64,000 bases of DNA, taken from positions 30,566,001-30,630,000 of the forward strand of contig NC_043009.1 of assembly GCF_006345805.1 (NCBI RefSeq). Direction: 5' to 3'. Both the position numbers and the translations under genes were made by a program. Positions 54,614 to 64,000 of this stretch are shown here, piece after piece. The notes under the pieces are model-generated. The model ran no database searches and was not told the origin of the DNA. It was given only the letters and a program-made list of their open reading frames with translations. Position 1 is the first letter of the stretch, and the number at the start of each line of letters is the position of its first letter. Origin of the DNA: Octopus sinensis. Its lineage: Eukaryota.

Positions 54614-55472
54614 AGGAGACATAGGAAAGTCTAATAAAAAAGGAAGACGGAACGCAGTTACCCTCAAAACACAATTTAATCCCTTGAGTAAAGAAAAGTT
54701 ATATCGGATCTTGCAGTCCAACGTGCATGGAACAGAAATACCGAGATCATAAGGAATCGGGGGCACTTAATAGACCTCTGACCCTGGCTAATCAACACCA
54801 ACAACTGCAAGAGTAATTCGAACACGCCAGTGATAATTCCACAATAATGCTGATAATTACAACAGGAAAAAGAAAAGCCATATCAGTTATTGGGCCTATT
54901 TACAGTATTGCAGACACAGACATTAACCAATATCTTGGCAGCTGAAAAAGAACTTGAAGTTGCAGTGGTAGATGAATAATCACTTACGCATCGACCACCT
55001 GAAAAATATAGATATTTCATATTATATATTCCTGTGGTTAATGATCAGAAAGTGTGTGCATATACGAACGAATATGTGATTTGAAATATCTATCCGTAAA
55101 CATAGGTGTATGGATATATATATAAATTCATTTGTGTGTGTATAACTTACCTGCGTATATGTATGATATTCATTACACTTGCAATAAATGCTTTATGATC
55201 ATAATTCCCACTTTGCAAAATCTTTTTTTTTTTTTTTCAATCATTAGCCAATTTATATCACAATGAACAGAAATAGGAGATTGTTATGCCTCTGTGAATA
55301 AGTAGATTCACAAAGCTCAAAGAAGCAGAAAATTAATGAATTCTTTAATTTAAAGACCTTTCACATTTAAAACTAAGAATCTAACTTTTGTTTTGTCTAT
55401 TCTTGTTTTTATTTTATGATTCCTGTGTAGATATATATTTTGATTTCTCTCTGTTTCCAGCTATCAAGAAAG

Positions 55473-55515
<43 letters not shown>

Positions 55516-56234
55516 ATTTCTCTCTCAAGATACACCCCCACATATTCACACGTATATATATATATATATAATAAAGATAGAAAGAGAAAGAGAGAGGTTC
55601 ATATAGATAAAAACATACAAATAGATATACAAATGTAATTATGCATATATATATATATATATATATATTATATAAATACATACATGATACATATATATTT
55701 ATGTATGTGTGTATGTATAAATATAAAAACATATAATAAATACATGCACACATTTATATAGACACATACATACGCTTACGCACGCAAATACATGCATACA
55801 TAATTTATTTTCCGCATAAGTTGGCGGAAGGATTCATTTTACCAAAATATCATCAAATTAATTCATCCTTCAAGAGTTATGATCATTAATCGTACAATAA
55901 ATCTTCCATAGCCTTTGGACATCTTGGCAGTTGTTTTAATTAGCAGACTTATTAGAAATAATTCTGTAATAGCCAAAAATTGATTCTCCTTCACTATATA
56001 AACTCTTAAAAGGTGCTTTCCTACCCCCTCCTGTGAGCCCTCGTTGAAAATTATAATTAAAAGTTTTGAAGTAGCAACGTATAAAACTGGGCAGTATTTT
56101 GGAAAAAAAGAATTTGCTTTTTTAATGGAAGATGTATATTACACTAAATGTTTGGCACCGGTTTCAAATCTGAGCTTATAGTGTATGTATCAAAACAAGC
56201 TTTCATAACTGCATTTTTAGTTTTTAGTAATAAC

Positions 56235-56550
56235 TGAAACTCCGTCGGTTACAACAATGAGTATTCCAGGTAATCTAATCAACGAAACAGCCTTCTCGTG
56301 GAGTTAAGGTATTAGTGGTTGAGCATTCCAAAGACAGGCATACCATTAACGTAGTTCCCAGGGAGATTCAACGTGACACAGAATGTGACAAGTCCGGCTT
56401 TTTAAATGCAGGTGCTGCTTATTTTAGCCAACTAAATGAACTGAAGCTATGCAAAAGCAAGTGTCTTGCTCAAGGACACAACACACCGCTGGGAATCGAA
56501 CTCAGACCCTTACGATCATGAACCGAACACTCTAACAATTAAGCCACTCG
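56235..56550 (-). mobile_element. Diverged tRNA-derived SINE
   Basis: 3' end gaaactccgtcggttac; body shared with 19171-19556; tRNA-like head near 56500-56550. Confidence 0.8.
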
Positions 56551-57212
56551 CTATCACGATAGAAGTAAAAGAAATTCACTTAGTAAAGGAGAATGTGCAG
56601 TTTTATAGCTTCCATCGAAAATTGCTACTCGATTTTATTTTCAATTTGCTATGCGATTAACAAACATCGTGCAAGTTAAGAATGGTATCATCGATAGCGA
56701 GGAACTGCAGCAGATATACTTCAATAAGTCGATAAAAATTAAAGATGTTCCTAAAGTTGTCGAGAAACTTTCTTTTCAATGTTATTTACGTCTCTCATTG
56801 TATTTGGAAAGAGATAATCTTAGATATGAGAAAAGTACTACATCGTTACTTACACCTGAGCTTCGTAAGAGGACTAGTAATTGTTCAGAAGTAGTGTTGA
56901 TATTTTTTTTTTTTTTTGTCAATTGAAGGTGAGCTTTTCTGATGTAGTTTTGAACATGAAGGATATGGAAGTCTGCTAGGAGCATTCTCATTAATAGCGA
57001 AACCTACCATATACAATGAACTTGAAGAATTTATTCCCTTGCTATTCCTATTTATGGAGAATCGAGATAATATTTCCTGGATATACTTACTGATTTTTGA
57101 TTTTTGAGCTACTGAAAAGGTCAAGTTTAGCAAAATCTACCTCAATGGAGATTGTTTTACAGCTACCTTCTAAAACGTTAGTGCTGGAATAGCAGTAAGA
57201 AGACGAAGAGGT

Positions 57213-57262
<50 letters not shown>

Positions 57263-57284
57263 GTTGTATGTATGTATGTATAAA

Positions 57285-57580
57285 TGGTAAAGACCCCTTT
57301 CGGTCATGGATGACCATGGGATTGCTTCTAGACAGTTCCCCTCCGAGGCACAAGTCCAGGAAAGGTTGTTTATGGAAAACCAGGCATACCAGCTTCCCTT
57401 TTCCACGCCATCGATGTTATCCAAGGAAAACGGGGCTAATATAGTTTGGCACCAGTGACGTAACAACTCATTTCTACAGCTCAGTGAAATAGAGCAACGT
57501 GAAATAAAGTGACCGGGAATCGAACTCACTACCTCATGATTGTGACCCCGACGCTCTAACACTGAGCCATGCGCCTTCAC
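57285..57580 (-). mobile_element. tRNA-derived SINE
   Basis: Family of 18030-18375. Confidence 0.85.
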
Positions 57581-57837
57581 ACACACACACACACACACAC
57601 ACCACACACAATTGAAACGATTGCACAGATGTCCGAGTTTGTCGGTAAATAGCACTGTGGTATGAAAGATAGAATCCAGGTAGAATAATATCTGTGACGA
57701 TTAAAATTTTTGGTTGGTGTTGAAGCCATTCCATTTCATTTTCACCGTTAATGCAGCAGGTTATGGCATTAATATACCAACTCGTTATTTCACTCTTTCT
57801 CCATGTGCCTAGCATCAAGTGATTAGTGTATAAATAA

Positions 57838-58055
57838 TTTCTTTACTACCCACAAGGGGCTAGACACAGAGGGGACAAACAAGGACAGACAAACGGATTA
57901 AGTCGATTACATCGATCCCAGTGCGTAACTGTTATTTAATTTATCGGCCCCGAAAGGATGAAAGGCAAAGTCGACCTCGGCGGAATTTGAACTCAGAACG
58001 TAGTGGCAGACGAAATACCGCTAAGCATCTCGCCCGGCGTGCTAACGATTCTGCC
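57838..58055 (-). mobile_element. tRNA-derived SINE
   Basis: Near reverse complement of 62823-63054. Confidence 0.9.
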
Positions 58056-58504
58056 ATAAATATAGCAGAAGAGAACAAGTGTTTTATAGCTATTTTCCCT
58101 TTCAAAGCTGAGATTAGCCTTGTGGAGGAATGACTGCAATATTCACCAGGGTTCCATTTTCGAGGCAATGTTTTAATAGCTAGATGACCTTCCTGACCCC
58201 AACCACTTTATTGTATCTTTTAAAACCAGGATGTGATAGAAGGTAAAAGATTATTTTTAATAGAAGTTCTTTCTGCTGGCAAAACTTATTGAAAGTTGCT
58301 TTGCTTGGAGAGAAGCTAAACAAGTATTAAAAATCGGAATCTTGATTCTAGAGATAACAGGTATTAATTAAAATGACACTTTTGTTGTAGATTTATATAT
58401 TTAAATTTTTAGAATGTAAAAAGGTGACAGCGACTTCGAAGTTTCGCCGAAACTGCTTTAACGAAATGTATTGGAAAAACAGTGATAAGTCATATAAATA
58501 AGTT

Positions 58505-58960
58505 TGAGAGGCGGTCAGACAACCTTAAGAGGAGTTTTTTCAGTACAGCGGCAGATTCAGTCCGTCTGCACAGAGCAACAGCCTGGATGCTCACCATAAA
58601 ACTGGAATTCAAGTTAGAAGGAACTTACACTCAAATTTTAAGTGTAGTCTTGAACATAACTTGGAGAACACACTCTTCCGAGAAACAGCACTATGAAGTT
58701 TTGCCTGTTTTAACCATTATTAGCGAAAGGCGTTTGCACTTTAAGGGATTTTGTTGGCGAGTTAAATAAGAGTTGTCAAGTGATCTACTACCATGGATGC
58801 CAAAGCATGGCCGTTCTCGAGCAGATCGTCGGAATACAATGGATGTCGATCAACTCAGTGGAGACATTGGCTGCCTTCTCGAATACCTCCCTCAATTAAT
58901 ACGGGAACTGGATAGTTAGCGTGTGCGGATTATAAAATGTCCGGGCAAACTGGAGCAGAT
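58505..58960 (+). mobile_element. RTE/RTE-X LINE 3' fragment
   Basis: SDNLKRSFF..KLEGTYTQILSVVLNITWRTH..RRLHFKGFCWR..DLLPWMPKHGRSR..VDQLSGDIGC. Confidence 0.85.
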
Positions 58961-60634
58961 GGTGGTGAAAATGAAGAGGCGGAGGAACAAATATTTGTCA
59001 GTCGTAGAGTATAGTAATCTAGATTGATGAGTTATTTCAGCAATTGCCTGAGTGTATATATGTTTAATGTAGCGCTGATATATGGATTAAATTGACGATT
59101 AAGAAACATATGTAAAATTAAATCGCTAAAATCTGAAATTTTAACAAGGAATTATTTGTAGGAAACAAACATTATTATATAATGTATAACAAATAATGGT
59201 TTACGATAAAAACTAAGGACGTAAATACGTCTAAACATCGCTATTTCTTTGTAAAAAATCGATATTCTATCTTACACAAATATTTAATTGAAATAAGATG
59301 AATTATCGATAGAAAAGATAAGCGTAGTAAAAATTTATATCGCTATTAAAAGAGATGTTTGTTCCATTATATTTTACATAATGTGAAAATAACAACAATA
59401 AAACATTAAAGTGTTTAAATTCTAAACGAAGGGAGATAAATACTGTGAAAATATATAGGTTATTCCGTTAATATGAAAAACAATTGCATTAAAATATTAA
59501 AAATATTTAAAATTGGAAAAGTTATAAATATGTAAACAACGTCAACAATTTTCAAATTAAAAATATTAAAGTAGACCAAATGCAAGTGAATTTTTTGTAA
59601 CAATTAAGTGTGAAATAAATTTATTAAACAGGACGATTTAAGCAGTATCGGAAAATGTTATTTAAAAATTTAACGTATATTATTTACGAACATGAAGAAT
59701 GGAGAAAAAATATTCAAAGCAAAATACTGATAAAAAAAAAGCTAGCGGTAGGAAATATGCTAATGACATTTTTATGGTCGTGTATCGGAAATCCTGAGAT
59801 GGAATAATATAATTGCGTGTGTGTGTGTGTGTGTGTATACATGCACACACACACACAAACATGCGTGTGAATCTTAATGTATGTATGTGTATGATTGATT
59901 ATAACAAAGAAAATATATCAAATTATACCGGTAAAATTATGTTTATCAGATTGGTGGTATGACTACAAATGCAATATCTAAAGTAAAAAGCCTGTCTTTA
60001 TACAAACTGACAAAATAAAGACAGCTTTGGAACAAATATTGCAAGCTAGTATGGTATATTTGGGGAAATAATGAGAAAATAGACTTGCTTTAATTATATA
60101 AAATGCTTTGAAATGTATAGACATGCGTATTTGATTGAGAATATAATTGTATATAAACGAAGCTGGATTAAAATTAATTACTTATTCACATGAAAGGCTT
60201 CCAAGAAAAGTTGAATTTACATAAAATATATGTAAATCTTAAAATAGAAAAATTGTCAGGGGGAATTAATTTGAGAAAACAGCAAGAATAATTTTAAAAT
60301 AGCAAAACTAATTACGATTATGAGTGTTCGTAGAAGATATACCCTAGGTGTATAAAAAGTATAAAACTAAAATAGGAAAAACTTTTTAAATAATTATTAT
60401 GAATTAATATTTAATAAGAAATATAAAGCAGTATAAAATATATGAAGTACATATAACATGCTAAAAGTACATATATGAAGTATACATGTAACGTCATGTT
60501 GGTAAGCATAAACGTACAAGCACCTCCCAAAACTTACACGAGAACTTTAGCTCTGCGTAGAAAAATAATTCCATTTCTATGCAAAATCAACGTTTTCCTA
60601 TTTGTGGGCAGTAACTTTAAACACTGGTATCAAA

Positions 60635-60644
60635 GTACATATAT

Positions 60645-60701
<57 letters not shown>

Positions 60702-60789
60702 ATATATATATGTATATATATATATATAATATATTATATATATATATATATATAGTATATATATATATATTATATATATATATAATATA

Positions 60790-60862
<73 letters not shown>

Positions 60863-60875
60863 ATATATATATACA
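60635..60875. repeat. Long (TA)n microsatellite
   Basis: Directly visible. Confidence 0.95.
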
Positions 60876-60944
60876 GTTAATCTAAACAGGAAAACACAAA
60901 GAGAAAACACATCAACGCGAGAACGTGGATATATATATAAGTAG

Positions 60945-61240
60945 AGGTGGCTAGGGCACAGGCTCGCGGTCGTAGGATCGGGGTTTTGTTTTCTAGACCG
61001 GACTTGGTGAGTGTTTACTGAGCGAAAACATCTAAAAGCTCCACGAGGCTCCGGCAACGGGTGGTGGCGAACCCTGCTGTACTCTTTCACCACAACTTTC
61101 TCTCGCTCTTTTTTCCTGTTTATGCTCTACCTTTACTTCAAAGGACCATCCTTGGCACATTCTGTGACACGCTGAATCACCTCCCCCAGCAACATGCACG
61201 TTAATTTCATGAGCAGACTGTTCCATTAATCGGTTCAACG
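60945..61240 (+). mobile_element. tRNA-derived SINE (family of 19171-19556), internally deleted
   Basis: ctcgcggtcgtaggat..gagcgaaaaca.ctaaaagctccacgaggctcc. Confidence 0.85.
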
Positions 61241-61255
61241 GATATATTAATATAT

Positions 61256-61310
<55 letters not shown>

Positions 61311-61517
61311 ATAAGTAGGTGAATGAATTATCCTATGTTTATCGTCAGCATGGAAAATTCGTTTAGCCGAAACCTGGGTAGCAAATTCACGTCAGAAAAC
61401 ACGGTTGAAGCGACCTGTCAAGAGTAGAAACTCCAGGTTCATGTGTAGAAATTTGTATATTGTATATGAATAAATGAAAGAATGGAGTCGAACGAAGATG
61501 TTAACAAAATTCCTTTA

Positions 61518-61599
61518 CTCTCGACACATGTTTCGAAGACAGCATATTTTAATTCCGAAGGAATAAAGGGTGCATTATGCAATCTTCTCATCAGGAAAG
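61518..61599 (-). ncRNA. Canonical-core type-I hammerhead ribozyme motif, GUC site
   Basis: CUUUC CUGAUGA GAAGA-[43 nt]-UCUUC GAAAC AUGU GUC GAGAG. Confidence 0.85.
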
Positions 61600-62159
61600 A
61601 AAAGGAGCCTCTCTCGACAAGACAAACAGAAATTTCGAAAAATCGTACAAATGTAAACATTGGCAGAAACACACTTTCTACTCATATAAATGATAACGAT
61701 AGTCATTGTGGTTTTAACAATTAGCTTCACGTCCACCCCACTGCTTTAGAGAAATTCTTTCCTAAGCCTTCGAACATTCTTTCAATCAACGTACACTTCC
61801 CCCCCCACTTGTTCCCTACCTATTACTCCTTTATATCTTCCCTTACTACTACCTATCTTTGACGTCTGTCTCTCTCTCACACACGCAATCACACACACAG
61901 ACACAAATGCAGTTATATACACACACACATACACACACACACAAACACACGCACTCATTAACACAAGCACACACCCACACATTTCCATACATACAGCAAA
62001 CATACTGTCCCCTACCTATTTTTACTTCCTCCTACTATCCATTTTTGACTTGAATGCTTCTAATGGATTTTTTTAAACAAACACTCATTATCGCTTTGGT
62101 TACCATGTAGGCAATCATCGAAATTTTTGTTTGTCTTGTTGTCGAGAGAGGCTCCTTTT

Positions 62160-62241
62160 CTTTCTTGATGAGAAGATTGCTTAATGCACCCTTTATTCCT
62201 TCGGAATGAAAATATGCTGTTTTCGAAATATGTGTCGAGAG
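62160..62241 (+). ncRNA. Degenerate partner hammerhead copy
   Basis: CUUUC UUGAUGA GAAGA..UUUUC GAAAU AUGU GUC GAGAG: three C->U changes, in the core, stem II and stem III. Confidence 0.65.
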
Positions 62242-62287
62242 TAAAGGAATTTTGTTAACATCTTCGTTCGACTCCATTCTTTCATAT

Positions 62288-62356
<69 letters not shown>

Positions 62357-62822
62357 ATGCATCTCCTCTCCCCTTCACCGTTCCCTCGCTCGCTCTCTCT
62401 CTCTCTCTCACACACTCTACCTCCACAGCATTTATAACCTATGATGATATACAGAGATAATTGTTAAGCTTAATCCCAATTTTTTCAATCAAATTTTATA
62501 CTTAAATGTTAAATATATTTCACTACCGCCAACAGCAAAAGTGTAACTTAGAACTGGTTTACTGTGATAGAATCTTCTCTGAAATTTCGAAAATTCAGCA
62601 AACACAACTTACTCTACCTTGCAAAATCATCATGTGGAGCTACGATCTGCTTAGCCTAAATTATTTTTCACATATTCCTCTTATTTCTTGATGCATTTAT
62701 TGTGATCCGACATTTCGATAAACTACATTTGAAATAATATGTTATGCAAATTAGTTACACCTTCACTATCAACATTGTGCCATCCACTAGTTCACTAACA
62801 AGACCTAATCTTAGGCTATCTC

Positions 62823-63054
62823 AGGCGGCGAGCTGCCAAAAACGTTAGCACGCCGGGCGAAATGCTTATCAGTATTTCGTCTGCCACTACGTTCTGAGTT
62901 CAAATTCCACCGAGGCCGACTTTACCTTTCATCCTTTCGGGGTCGATAAATTAAGTACCAGTTACGCACTGGGGTCGATATAATCGACTTAATCCGTTTG
63001 TCTGTCCTTGTTTGTCCGCTCTGTGTTTAGCTCCTTGTGGGTAGTAAAGAAATA
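62823..63054 (+). mobile_element. Full-length tRNA-derived SINE
   Basis: aggcggcgagctgcc..gttctgagttcaaattcc..gtagtaaagaaata, flanked by GCTATCTC on both sides. Confidence 0.9.
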
Positions 63055-63437
63055 GCTATCTCTTCCACTACAATTGCAGTGGTTACTGTTTCTATATATA
63101 GGCGTTTTGAGTGAAAATGAGTACACCAACCTGTCTAAAACAATGAATTATATTATTGCGAAGAATACGATCATTGTGGCGGCGAAAATGCCATCTGAAT
63201 CTACTTGAAATTGTTGCAAAATCAGGAACAGTATTTTGTATTATTAAATTTGGGATTAATGTTCTAAAGGTAGTTTGGTCACGACTAGAATGCATTTAAC
63301 CATTTCACTGATCAGTCAGGACTGAACCGGGGCTAAAAGCCAATGACTGCGAAATTTTCGTTTTTAATTTCTTCCCTTTTTCATTCCTCAAAACCTTACA
63401 TTAAACTATAGTGTCCTTCATCCTCTTACCGAGCTCA

Positions 63438-63485
<48 letters not shown>

Positions 63486-64000
63486 TAATCAGTCCCCGAT
63501 TGCTATTTCGGGATATTGTGATGCAAACTTTCAATCTGAATATATCAATGTCATCGACCTAACTAGTCAGGAAGAAGAATGTATAGTAACAACACAAATT
63601 ATTCTTCCTTCTGCTAGAAATGATTCTTTAATGGTTTCTTGTCGTAACATTTCCAATAAAAGAAATTATTGAAGCAAATATTCACCTTGGAATGTCAAAC
63701 TATTTTTGAAATATATTTTAATAAAATAATAAGGGCCATCATTTTAATAAGATCTATTTCAGTTCATATATATTTTGAATGAACATCAACGAGGCTTACA
63801 CGCTCTCATACAGACATTTGTGCGTGTCAGTATACATTATATGTATGCGTTTATGCTTATGTGTACATATACATGTATGTGTATATACGTATATATGCAT
63901 GTGTGTGTGTGTATATATGTATGTATGTAAATTCTAGTTTTATATGTTTCTAATATACTCTCCTACCGAGAAACAATTGGCCGCTAACCAAGAAGCAAAC

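Larger units (their letters stand above)
61474..62285. mobile_element. Fold-back (about 165-bp arms 61474-61638 / 62118-62285, about 480-nt spacer) with hammerhead motifs; PLE-like
   Basis: The arms are reverse complements with a few substitutions and a 3-nt indel; the right end runs into (TA)n. Confidence 0.85.

Noticed and set aside
61340-61390. GAAAC CTGG GTA resembling an HHR 3' half
   Set aside because: No CUGANGA core or stem II upstream.
61482-62415. Two similar ORFs MESNEDVNKIPLLSTH.. on opposite strands
   Set aside because: They are the antisense reading of the two arms of the hammerhead fold-back, not duplicated genes.

Overview
AT-rich, intron/intergenic-looking animal DNA dominated by microsatellites and decayed transposons. 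The SINE families and the very dense (TA)n/(TG)n/(TATG)n tracts suggest an octopod cephalopod (Octopus-like); this is an inference. No intact protein-coding gene or canonical RNA gene can be supported, and almost all listed ORFs are microsatellite translation artefacts. Recognisable items: LINE 3' fragments (three CR1/L2-group, three RTE-group, one R4/Dong-like REL element), a Tc1 fragment, a mariner fold-back, two MITE-like fold-backs and about 24 tRNA-derived SINE copies. The most striking signal is a set of at least five unrelated fold-back (inverted-repeat) elements carrying minimal type-I hammerhead ribozyme (HHR) motifs of the kind known from Penelope-like elements (PLEs). All five have the same divergent polarity (left copy on -, right copy on +) and end in or next to (TA)n tracts. 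Intact cores are at 1998-2077(-), 8677-8719(+), 47823-47885(-), 47919-47979(+) and 61518-61599(-); variant or decayed motifs occur at several other sites. Coordinates were read by eye and may be a few nt off.
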